DNA of 64,000 nucleotides, taken from Paraphysomonas bandaiensis. Taxonomy: Eukaryota > Protista > Chrysophyceae. The stretch covers positions 186,001 to 250,000 of the forward strand of contig CBFFRP010000432.1 of assembly GCA_965644295.1 (NCBI GenBank). The letters run 5' to 3'. Each line of letters begins with the position of its first letter. Positions within the stretch are counted from its first letter, which is position 1. Below the pieces are notes generated by a model. That model did no database searches and had not been told where the DNA came from. It saw only the letters and a program-made list of their open reading frames with translations. Positions 50,762 to 61,189 of the stretch are shown here, piece by piece. The position numbers were made by a program, and so were the translations under genes.

Positions 50762-53700
50762 GTAGACGGCAAAGAGGTGAATCGGCCACCTCCGGAGCCA
50801 CCGCCTGTTAACATAGCCGATACGACTTCGGATTGTCCACGACCGGAGTCATTCCCTGTGGAATTATGGAATTTAGTGGATTTGTGTCAGCGAAATTCAG
50901 TTCAACCACGATTTGACAAGTACACTCCTGACCGTCTTCAAGAGTGTATTGAACTGATTTTAACTAAGCTGGATATATATAAGGATGATGAAGCAGTCTC
51001 GTTGCAAGGGGAGATTTCTATCGACGCGGATACTATAGCTTCACATCATAATGAACGTGATTATTTTTTGGCTCAAGCTTTGGCCAATATTGATGTTTTC
51101 TGTTTTCCTGATCCCGATAACCCTCCACGGATTAAGGATTATAAAGTGAGTATTGAAACTACTGATGAAGTTCCGGTTCGGGCGCGACCTCGGAAATATT
51201 CTTTATTGCAACAAGCATTTTTAGAGGCTAAAACTGGTATGATGCTTCGTCAGAAAAAGCTTCAACCCTCAAACAGTGATTGGAGCCATGGTTTAGTTCT
51301 GGTTCCTTATCATGACCGTATTCAGAAATTTTTAGATAAATGGGGAGACACGGCACATTTAGAAATCTTCAAAAAGGTTAATTGGCCTGAAGTGGCCACA
51401 TTTTTTCGGATGTGTTCAGATGTCCGATCGCTCAATCAGAAAACTAAGGTAGATATTTTTCCACTTCCCAGGATTGATGACTTGCTAGATAGCATTCCTG
51501 TGGGAACTGACCGGTTTTCAGCGGGCGATATTGCTGATGCATTTTTCTGTGTGGAGCTTGACGCTGATAGTCGATTTAAAACGGCATTCCGCACTCATAA
51601 CGCTCATTTACAGTATACGGTGATGTTACAAGGCTGGGTCAATGCACCTTCACACTTTAGTAGAGTCATTGCCCAGACTTTTGAAGACATGGATCGGTTT
51701 CAAGTCTCTGCATACCTGGACGATGTGCTTAACCATACTGGGGGTTTTCGTGCACATTTCCTGACACAGCAGTCCATATACGATAGACTTCGAAATCGTC
51801 ATCTTACATTTAAAATTGAAAAGACTCATATTAATTATCGGGAGCTGCGGTTCCTTGGACATATTCTGTCCAGAAACGGCCGATGCCCTGATCCGAAAAA
51901 GGTTGAGGCGATTACAAATCTTGCAGACCCAGAGGACGTTACGGCTGTTCGATGTTTTTTAGGAAGTACTTCATTCTACCGTCAGTATATTCCTCAATAC
52001 GCAGACGTTGCGTTGCCTCTGTATGACTTGACGAAGAAAAATGTCAACGTGAAGAAACTCTGGCGCCCTGAGATACACGGCCATGCCATGGAGAGGCTTA
52101 AAGAGGCGCTGCGGAAGGCTCCTGTGCTTCGTTACATTGATAATTCTAAACCGTTTGTCATTCACCTGGATGCTTCCAAGACAAAGCGTGGTATCGGTGG
52201 GGTTCTCATGCAGCATGATGACGCAGGGCAGCTCCATCCGGTGGAATATTTCAGTCGTAAGTTAACTCCTGCTGAACGAAATTACTCGGCCACGGATTTG
52301 GAATGTAAGGCCCTCAGGGATGTTATTCTCCATTGGCATATTTATCTGAGTAGTGGTCGTAAATTTGAAGTCCACTCTGACCACAATTGCCTGAAATATA
52401 TGGTCCATTCAGTGACTGCAACACTTAATCCACGATTGCTGGGATACCTCATGGATCTTCAATCATATCGTTTTGCTTTACATTACAAAAAAGGGGTGGA
52501 AAATGTAGTTGCTGATATGTTAAGTCGCCTTTGGCAAATAGGGGATGTACCGCCAGCTACTAGGGAGGAGCTCTCCGATCATCTCGGGCCGGTGGTTGAT
52601 AATGAGGATCCAGACCTCATCCGATCATGGGGGGCTGCAAAACGACAGTTGAGTAAATTGAAACGCCAAGCGGTTGTGGAGGCGCAAACTATTAAGAAAA
52701 CTCATACTTGCTCTAGCAAATTTGAGGTTCAAATCTGTAATTGTGATGCGCTGGATTTGGATTTGTTGTCTTCTTTGACTAATGTCAAGAAAGGGGGAGT
52801 ATTAGGGGAAAGTTCAGAATTAGAAAATTCTGAAGTTAGATTTAAAGTGGCTGGCTCTACATTAAAAAGAAGGAAACAGCCGAGCATCGATGTAGAACAA
52901 TATAGTTGCCAGGTTGAGAATCTACTTAAAGAATTGAATATTACGGAAGTCCAGGAAACTGGTGAGTCAAGGATGAAATTCAGCAATTCGGGACAGAATA
53001 TACAACATGCAACTGCACACTCGAACCGAACTAGCTTTCATCCATCTCGAACAAACTATATGGATAATCCAGATGAGTCAGAAGATATGAAGTTAATTCG
53101 AGAACGACGAATTTCTGGTTACAATCAATGTACTATTCTTCCATCGACAAAGCTAAAAGCAGGATGGGGACTTTTTGCCACCAAACAGATCTGTCCAAAT
53201 GTTGAGATTTGTGATTATGTGGGTCCGGTTGTATCTGAAGGAGTGGATCAATTAAGCTCCAATTATGGGATGCAGATGATTGCTGGAGCACATCGTAAGA
53301 TTGTTATTGATGGATGGGAACCTGGTTCAAGCTTAGGTCGATATGCGAATGATGGGATATCCAAACAATTGATTAATGCGAAGTTGATATGGAAAAAATC
53401 TAAAGGAGTTTTGATGGCTCTTAGAGAGATCTTGCCTGGGGATGAAATATTTTTTGACTATGGTAAAGAATTTTGGAGTACTAGAAGTGATCAACTTAGT
53501 CCAGAAGATAATCAAATTCTGAATTTAGATGGATCTCGACGGAAGACTACCGTGTCTTTTAAAGATGAATTTGAGTTAATTGTGTACGATCAAAAACGGA
53601 AAGTTCAGGAGAAACTATATTCCAAAATCTTTAAGTACAGCGATGAAGAAAATTCCAGAATCCAGGAACTTGTTGAGATGGAGGAACGAAATACTAGGAA

Positions 53701-55342
53701 TTTCGAGAGAACTCTCCGATATCTAGAAACCGACGCTTTGGAGAAGTACTCTTATGAGAACCTAGTACAATGCCAATCACTTGCTGACGAATTGCAATAT
53801 CTGGTAGGCAGAAAGTATATTGATGACGATAATTTCCAAAAATATGAGATTGCTTCAATACATTATGATGAAATGCATAAGTTAGTGGTTGGTCATAGGA
53901 GGCCTTTGTCAGGGAAATTGGATAGATATGATACTCACCCATTCGCCGTATGTGGAGAATCTGGATTATGGGAGTTATCAGATCAATATTTATTAGATCA
54001 TCCGGAAGAAGATCCGGAGATTAAGTGGCCTTCGAGTAGAGAGAGTATGTTTCAGATCCAAGAAAATGATACTCAACTTGGATTGATTATATCACAGTTA
54101 TCAAATTTTGAAACTGGCCATGAGTTAGAAGTGGATGGTCATGTTTACAAGTTACATGAGAATGCAGATGAACCATCGCACAAGACACTATTGAGAAAAC
54201 ATGTTCAGAAAAACAAGGGATCAATAGATTGGCAAATTATGGTCCCTCAGGTGTTACGTTTTCAACTAATGAAGTATTTCCATGAAGGATATACGCATCC
54301 AGGAACACAACGAATGCTTGAAACTTTGAAATTGAGATATTTTTGGCCGTCAATACGCAAGGATGTACAGAAACATGTGGAGGAATGTATACCTTGTAAA
54401 TTACGTAAGACCTATCAAACGCGACCAAAGATTCCAATAATGAAATACCCTGATGCAAAATTTCCTTTGTCACGAATACATATTGATTTAACAGGAAGAT
54501 TGGTGAAAACCAAAAGTGGTTTCAGTTATATTCTAGTGGTAAAGGATTTCCTTACTAAATTTGTTTGGCTTATGCCTCTTAAGAACAAGACGCCTTTGGA
54601 AGTGGCTAATGCTTTGATTACTCATGTGTTTTGTCCATTTGGGTTACCAGAATTACTGGTGAGTGATAAAGGCACAGAGTTTGTCAATAAACTGACCAAA
54701 GCAATATCCAAGTTATTCAAGTATAGAAGGATTAACACTACTCCTTATACTCCAAGGAGTCAGGGTTTAGTTGAGAATCACAACAAGACGTTGAAGGATC
54801 AGTTATACCATTTTGTAGGTGTATTACAGGATGACTGGGATATATTTTTGCCTACAGTACAATTGATGTATAATACTACAGTGTCCTCGAGCACAAGTTT
54901 TACTCCATATTATATGATGTTCGGTAGAGAATGCCGTTTACCATCTATAGAGTTTACATTGTCCTCGAAACTTTCCGAGCTTCGATTACAACCTGGAACT
55001 ATTGAAGCTGAATGGATAGATAAATTGTTGATTTCTTTGGAACAAGCTTGGAATTATGCAACGAAGAAGGCTCAAAAGAATCATCTTCGACATAATATAG
55101 TATCTAGGCGACCTCGAGAGTTCAAAGAATATAATGCTGGTGACTTATTCTTCAGAATTCGACGTCCAATTAATGTGTTTAAATCGGCTGATGATGAGGA
55201 ATTGTATAAAATCAATGCCAAATTACAAGCTAGATTTGAAGGACCTTATAAAGTTATTCGGCGACTAAGTCCAATACTTTATGATGCTGAAATTGAAGGA
55301 AAAGAGGTTCGAATAAATGCTACTAATATGAAGCCATTTTAG
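50762..55342 (+). CDS. pol: Retrotransposon ORF2: RT - RNase H - SET - integrase, in frame with ORF1 after a single TGA
   Basis: RT: FPLPRIDDLL, KTAFRT, YLDD. RH: LDASK...YFSRKL...NVVADMLSR. SET: GWGLFA...RYAND...EIFFDYG. IN: HEGYTHPG...CIPC, HIDL, SDKGTEF, VENHNKTL, FEGPYKV. Confidence 0.97.
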   Translation, partial: VDGKEVNRPPPEPPPVNIADTTSDCPRPESFPVELWNLVDLCQRNSVQPRFDKYTPDRLQECIELILTKLDIYKDDEAVSLQGEISIDADTIASHHNERDYFLAQALANIDVFCFPDPDNPPRIKDYKVSIETTDEVPVRARPRKYSLLQQAFLEAKTGMMLRQKKLQPSNSDWSHGLVLVPYHDRIQKFLDKWGDTAHLEIFKKVNWPEVATFFRMCSDVRSLNQKTKVDIFPLPRIDDLLDSIPVGTDRFSAGDIADAFFCVELDADSRFKTAFRTHNAHLQYTVMLQGWVNAPSHFSRVIAQTFEDMDRFQVSAYLDDVLNHTGGFRAHFLTQQSIYDRLRNRHLTFKIEKTHINYRELRFLGHILSRNGRCPDPKKVEAITNLADPEDVTAVRCFLGSTSFYRQYIPQYADVALPLYDLTKKNVNVKKLWRPEIHGHAMERLKEALRKAPVLRYIDNSKPFVIHLDASKTKRGIGGVLMQHDDAGQLHPVEYFSRKLTPAERNYSATDLECKALRDVILHWHIYLSSGRKFEVHSDHNCLKYMVHSVTATLNPRLLGYLMDLQSYRFALHYKKGVENVVADMLSRLWQIGDVPPATREELSDHLGPVVDNEDPDLIRSWGAAKRQLSKLKRQAVVEAQTIKKTHTCSSKFEVQICNCDALDLDLLSSLTNVKKGGVLGESSELENSEVRFKVAGSTLKRRKQPSIDVEQYSCQVENLLKELNITEVQETGESRMKFSNSGQNIQHATAHSNRTSFHPSRTNYMDNPDESEDMKLIRERRISGYNQCTILPSTKLKAGWGLFATKQICPNVEICDYVGPVVSEGVDQLSSNYGMQMIAGAHRKIVIDGWEPGSSLGRYANDGISKQLINAKLIWKKSKGVLMALREILPGDEIFFDYGKEFWSTRSDQLSPEDNQILNLDGSRRKTTVSFKDEFELIVYDQKRKVQEKLYSKIFKYSDEENSRIQELVEMEERNTRNFERTLRYLETDALEKYSYENLVQCQSLADELQYLVGRKYIDDDNFQKYEIASIHYDEMHKLVVGHRRPLSGKLDRYDTHPFAVCGESGLWELSDQYLLDHPEEDPEIKWPSSRESMFQIQENDTQLGLIISQLSNFETGHELEVDGHVYKLHENADEPSHKTLLRKHVQKNKGSIDWQIMVPQVLRFQLMKYFHEGYTHPGTQRMLETLKLRYFWPSIRKDVQKHVEECIPCKLRKTYQTRPKIPIMKYPDAKFPLSRIHIDLTGRLVKTKSGFSYILVVKDFLTKFVWLMPLKNKTPLEVANALITHVFCPFGLPELLVSDKGTEFVNKLTKAISKLFKYRRINTTPYTPRSQGLVENHNKTLKDQLYHFVGVLQDDWDIFLPTVQLMYNTTVSSSTSFTPYYMMFGRECRLPSIEFTLSSKLSELRLQPGTIEAEWIDKLLISLEQAWNYATKKAQKNHLRHNIVSRRPREFKEYNAGDLFFRIRRPINVFKSADDEELYKINAKLQARFEGPYKVIRRLSPILYDAEIEGKEVRINATNMKPF

Positions 55343-55386
55343 GTTCGCAGTGAACTTCGTTCCGCATACTGGCGTATGCGACTGCT

Positions 55387-55397
55387 GGAGGGGGTAG
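55387..55397 (+). other. Polypurine tract
   Basis: GGAGGGGGTAG immediately 5' of the 3' LTR. Confidence 0.9.
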
Positions 55398-56273
55398 TGT
55401 AATAACCAGCTATCAGGTTATTCTACTCTACAAGCTCTCTATTGTATATGCTTAAGTTTGTACATACTATCTGTGCAAACATAGATTGAATATTATTATT
55501 ATTACCATAACTCACACTGAGATATATGATGTATTATGACTATGACAATTCATGCTTATTATTGATATTTACATAATCATTCAAAAGACAAAGAGAGACA
55601 TGATTATCAATAATGAGACATAATGATGATACTGATGATGGATGATATATATATATGTTCTTATTATATATATATATTGACTTTAAGGCTGGAGAAGTTT
55701 ACTGGAGAATTCCGGGTTTGATATCCACGCTGATAGATGTGTATTGCCAGATTATCCAGTAATACAGTTATACATTACGTATTTCCTTCAGTGCTTATTG
55801 GGGATTGATTGTACTAAGGAGTACGAATACCAGGCTTCAACTACAAAGAGAATACTGAATGTATCTTCCCTTATACAGTTGTGATGAGTTATTATGATCA
55901 ACTGTGTTAGACTGATGTGTTTGGTATTGAATATGAATGATGTTCATTCCATTGATCACGGAATCGTAGGTAGACATATTTATATTATTGATAATAAGAT
56001 GCAATTTCCTTACTCTTGAAATTGCTGGTAGATAGCATTGTAGTTGTAGACATATATTTGTTCATTGTGATTTGATTATATTGTTATTATTATGGAGGAG
56101 GAGACTCTTGATAGCGCACAAGAGTCTACTAAATTCGAGTCAGTGAGAAGGACCCTCAGGCTTATGCTTGGAGGGTTAGACCCTTCCATTGCCAATGCCA
56201 GTGAGGATCAAATCCGGGATATAGGCTTGGCATTTGGGTTGTCTGAGATCGAATCAGAGACGTTGGTGTCTCA
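55398..56273 (+). repeat. 3' LTR (includes a duplicate of the first ~61 gag codons)
   Basis: Matches the 5' LTR and explains the short ORF at 56092-56289. Confidence 0.97.
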
Positions 56274-56593
56274 TTTTACCTCGCCTTAGCTAGTAGGTAG
56301 CAGAGAGCGCAAATGTAAAATATCATTTTGGTTGTGTTTTTTGGTTAATAAAATTTCGTGTTTTTATTCGGTTGAAAGAGCACCTAGATGCAGTCGGGAA
56401 GTTGGAAATAATCGTTTTCCCTGTGGTTGGACTCTGCCCATATAGATATCTCTTTTCGTTCTTCCGCCCCCCTTCCTTGAAATTACTGCAGCTATGTTGC
56501 ATTGGTTAGACCTTACTACAAAGACCTCATTTTGTTCTGTATTGTGAAGCTACGTGAGCATCATTTGCGCCTATCATTATTAAAACTCTATAC

Positions 56594-57793
56594 TTATCTA
56601 CACATATTTTTTCGAGCAAGAAAGAAAGATAATTTGAAAATAAAAATTACCAACAAAAGAAAAACGCAGTGTTGCACATTTGATAATGGCGATACAAATT
56701 CACCAGCGGCCACATGAGGAAACTGTGATAACAGTCCTTCAGTACGACCATCTCGGTGAAGTAGTCCTCTGCGAATAGATGTCTCTAAGTCATGCCTTCT
56801 AAGTGCGTACTCCTTACGCAATATACTCCGGGTCTTCGGTATATTCAGTACTCGTTTAGAACGCATTCCGTTTCCTTTACTATCGGCCATAGCGGCCGTG
56901 GTATTGTGACTCTTCCAAAAACTTCGTACAACGTCAAGCACACTGTTGTCACTTGCCAGGCTAGTGTCCCACATACATATCTGTAATGACGGCACACCCG
57001 CAGATTTACTGAGAGACATGGATATTGTATTCAACGCTACATAAGCTCGTTGCAATTCGACTAAAGCTTGATCCCTTCCAAATATTCTCTCCAGCACCGC
57101 AATTTGAACCAAAGCATCAGTCACTAGATTCTCACTTTGAAGACAGCTGATATAGTCGAAAGGATGGAGAACATTCGCATTTCCCCATAGTTTCGGATGA
57201 CATATAGAAGTTGATGGATGCACTGACATACGGCGCTTGGACCATTCCACCGGATCGCGGAGTGAAACAATGACTGCCTGATCAGGGGCAAAATGTAGGA
57301 TATCTGGCAGAATGCCATCAAGAGGAAAATCAGAGGCAAACTCGTAATGCAAAAGTAAACTTGTAAGTGCATGACGATAGCTCTCCAGAAGATCAGCGGA
57401 TCGACATTTAAGAGAGCTATCAGTAATGCATACGGACATAGCCAAATTCCACTCCTGCATCGCTGTTCGTCCATCTTCTACGTTGCATCCATCCCAATAA
57501 TGCATTGCAGTAACTCCTAATTTCGAGCACACTAATTGATTTAGTGCACGTGTTCCAGTGGTGCCACTTCCTACATTGATTGACTTTAGTTTAACAGTTG
57601 ACTGGTTCACTCCAGGTAGAGTGAGGTTATATCGAGGACCATGTAACACATTTGCTATAGACACTGAAACATGTTCATTCTCATCTACTGCCTTCGAACA
57701 ATTACTTTCCATACGGAATATATGTATATATGGTGGACTGCAGGGTTGAAATACTTCGATCATTCCCTCCCATACTTGTAGGAGATGAGACAC
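56594..57793 (-). CDS. Sulfotransferase-family (P-loop-like) protein with C-terminal hydrophobic segment
   Basis: INVGSGTTGTRAL...HY...SDFP...VSLRDPVEWSKRR resembles the PAPS-binding motifs of the Sulfotransfer_4-type family. Gene ends uncertain. Confidence 0.65.
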   Translation of the reverse strand: MSHLLQVWEGMIEVFQPCSPPYIHIFRMESNCSKAVDENEHVSVSIANVLHGPRYNLTLPGVNQSTVKLKSINVGSGTTGTRALNQLVCSKLGVTAMHYWDGCNVEDGRTAMQEWNLAMSVCITDSSLKCRSADLLESYRHALTSLLLHYEFASDFPLDGILPDILHFAPDQAVIVSLRDPVEWSKRRMSVHPSTSICHPKLWGNANVLHPFDYISCLQSENLVTDALVQIAVLERIFGRDQALVELQRAYVALNTISMSLSKSAGVPSLQICMWDTSLASDNSVLDVVRSFWKSHNTTAAMADSKGNGMRSKRVLNIPKTRSILRKEYALRRHDLETSIRRGLLHRDGRTEGLLSQFPHVAAGEFVSPLSNVQHCVFLLLVIFIFKLSFFLARKNMCR

Positions 57794-58480
57794 ATATATA
57801 CATCTCTAGAGCCATAATTTGTCCACCTGCTGCATCCAATTCACATGTACTGCTGTACTATGTCTAGATGGACACTACCTCTCTAGTTTGTGGTACAGCG
57901 TACAGCAGTACTCTACAGCAGTGTACTGGCGTACTGCTGTACTGGTGTAGGTGTGTGAGTATATTCCAGTACGTATAACGTTGTTGTATGGTTCATGATC
58001 ACTCATACCGGCTGTGTTCATATGTTCATCCTTCTGGAAAAAAAGATACCATAGGCACACATATATAAAGCCGTACTTTCTATCACTCATGCGATCCCTT
58101 CATAGTAAAAAATCAGCTAGTACCAGAAAGTCAGAATGATAGATAGAATGTGTGCGTACGTACAGCAGTGGTGCACTTATGCCTGTCTCTGTACATATAT
58201 ATGCATATATGTGGCCACTATCATATGTTACAGTCACACTGAGACAAGATAGAAATGGATTAATCTCAATTATTCTATCTGTGTATCCACAATGCTATCA
58301 CTGTAGTATGTTAATGCTCCAGTAGAGATATTCATTGACGAATACATTACTCTCAAGTGTGCCATTCCCTGATATTACTATCATATCTATCTATCTATAT
58401 ATCCATATGAGGTGACATACCAGTCACATCACTTATATATAACTGTATATCATTTATAACTGTACTTATTAACGATAATT

Positions 58481-60875
58481 ATGGGTCCCACAAGCCCACG
58501 TCTAAAGAATGCATTGCGATCTCTTATATCTATTCGAGTATTGGGCATGAATCTACAGGGGACCGGTGAGTTTAAAGGTTTTTTTACAAGAAAAGAGATC
58601 TATACGACAATATTTCAAATAGAAGTTTGTTTTGGAAGATTCAAATGGACAGTTAGAAAGCTTTTTGATGAATGTCGACAGTTTTTGCTGACTGTTCATC
58701 CATTCAAGGCTGAGGAATTCGACGTATGGCTGAGTGTGTAGGTGTGATTTATTTGCTAATGTTTTCACAGGCTGTATTTCCAAGTGAGGTAGACATTGAT
58801 GATGATGTTTTCGTGTTAGTCGAGCGCAAAGAAGCCATGGAACGTTTTCTCGAGGAGATCGTTGGTGCTATGGACTTTTTAGTCTACAAACCATTGTTCT
58901 ACTTCCTTAATTCCAAGGAAGAGTTGAAGCCTCTTGAGATGACAGTGGTTCGTATTCAGGCCGCGATTAGACGATTTCTGGTTAACAGGCGACTAACTTC
59001 CGTACGTCAACATTTACCTGATGACGTTTCTCAAACTAATACATACTGCGCAGCTGGTCATAGCCAAGTATCGCAAGGAGCTGGCATCTCTGCGACGGTT
59101 GTTACTGGACGGTATTGAGGTTCTTGTTGTCATATCAAAACCGGAAGAGGAGGGCTCTGGGTTGCACAAACGGGTGTGTACCGCAGGTTATGTCATATTA
59201 CTTGGTTTAATTGGGGACGCAGGTTTTGTGGCTGGCTGAGAGTCCGGGCGAGCCGGGATTGAGTCGCTTGTGTTTGACACGTGTAGATGAATTCAAATCT
59301 CTCGCGGATGAACTCCAACGGGCAGGTGGTGATAGCAGTGACAGTGAGATCGAGTCCGTGGGTGACGGCAGAGACAGCACATGGCTATATGAAAAAGGAA
59401 CCTCTGGCCCAGGTTAGTTGGTGTAGCAATGTGTAGTACGGTGTCTGGCATTCTGGCATGTGTAGTGCATACGAAATCTCATGTATATACCAGGAATATT
59501 TTTGTCTGATATAGCGGAGGTGCGGGCTGGGCCAGCCTCTCACGGGTTTGGTCCCATGCTTACCTCTGATATGGAGTCAGGGACCTGTGCTCCGGGTATG
59601 TTTTTTGCGTAGCCTTTGCTCAATATTGTTTTCTTATGCGCGTCTAGATCATGTTCTGGATATATCCCGCTGTGTAACCGTTGTGGGCACAGAAGCTACA
59701 CTGGATATCCAGGTAACGTATTCTGTTTATATGTAATCATTGTATGGTGAGTAGTGTTACAGTTGGTGGACATCGGTAGAGGCACTCGCATTCGTAGCAG
59801 GGCGTGGTTCGTTGACATACTCTTCCTACTTGCGACCCAGTCACTGGGACAAGAAGAGCGGGCGTTGCGGCAGCGAGTGTGGTGGCGACGCGTTGAAGGA
59901 ACAGGAAACAGGAGGCCACGTCTGAGTCAAGCAAGACAGAAGGAAGCTATTCTCTTCGCAGATATTCTCACCGACTCCATTCAAGTAGACGAAGAACTCT
60001 TTGACCGATCATGCGCACTTGGTATGTCCCCTTCTGAGACCCGCATCGTGGGTAAAACGATGTGGTTGGAGCCGGCTTCGAAGCGGTTCCTTATAGCCGA
60101 TTCTTTCATGGAGGTAGCTCTCGCACAAAAGAGTGCGCCTGTTATACGAGTGAGTCCTAAGTCTTACCTATCTCATATGTAAACCAATTCTATCAGGGAC
60201 TGGATGTTGATGACATTTCAGAGATACGGCCAGGGCGGATGTCTTTTGCGTGTGATGGATCAGCATATCTAACATGTTTGACCATCGTTGGTAGCGAGAC
60301 ATGTATATGTCTTCCTGTAGATTCAGTGGCGATTAGAAATGGCCTTTTGCGCCAGTTTCAGTCCTTCATATTGGTGAGATAATATCTCGAACAAGATATC
60401 ATTTTAATTTTTTGTTTAGTATAACAGAAATCATGAGCGAGGTATGTATCGTCCAACTTGCGCCACGCAGGTTCAACGGACATCTCTCAAGAAGGAGAGC
60501 TTACTCCATGCAATGAGCTCCCCAAGTAAACCACCCACCCGTCGTAAGTCTACTCCTGCCTCCCTCAATAAGAGCTATTGCCATGAGCAGGACGACCTCT
60601 GGGTTCGAGCTAACGCGCCTCATGGGAGTGAGTACAGTCCTTTGATTAAACCCGGAAGCAGTGTGCCCAAAGACTTTTGGATGGCAGGATCTGCAGTCAA
60701 TGGGTCGCCTAGAAGACACTCCACTATGTCTGCCCCAGAGACAGATGTAGAATACGGCGCTAAGTCAGCAGACGGGAGTACCACCGGACCAGTAAGCTCA
60801 GATTCTGAGCGAGAGGGTGACATCTCTGCTCTACTGGAATTAGAAGAAGGGCCCACTTCCGCTGGGATAAATTAG
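58481..60875 (+). CDS. PX-like domain + IQ motif protein, possible PH-like region, multi-exon
   Basis: Series of co-oriented ORFs with GT-AG junctions; PX-like WTVRK...FP...ERKEAMERFLEEI...FL; IQ motif IQAAIRRFLVNRR. Confidence 0.55.
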
Positions 60876-61189
60876 AAACAGACACTACACTGCCATCGTT
60901 TTCCAATAGATAGATAAATTTTGTCCTTATGACCGATTCGAAAATATTTACTGTGGTTGAAACATCACCGAAATGTCGTGAATTATAATCTCAATACTTA
61001 ATGCATGGATTAACTGGAAACAAAGTAAGTCAATAAAGTTGACACAACAGTTGCTTCAGATGGACAACAAATAATGTAAATGAATTTTTAATTATCGCCT
61101 AAAGCACAGAAGTTGCTTGTCGTAATAAATATAACATAAAGATATATGATATATGTATGGTATTGTACATGTGCTATCCCAAAAAAATA

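Larger units (their letters stand above)
45997..56273 (+). mobile_element. Full-length Ty3/Gypsy LTR retrotransposon carrying a SET domain
   Basis: 876-bp LTRs with TG...CA ends, TTTT TSD (45993-45996 / 56274-56277), PPT GGAGGGGGTAG at 55387-55397, and domain order Gag-PR-RT-RH-(SET)-IN. Confidence 0.97.

Noticed and set aside
55236-55342. Chromodomain at the integrase C-terminus
   Set aside because: The ORF ends ~33 codons after the GPY motif, leaving no room and showing no chromodomain motif.
56092-56289. 65-aa ORF identical to the Gag N-terminus as an independent gene or second element
   Set aside because: It is the 3' LTR copy; identity ends exactly at the LTR terminal CA (56273).
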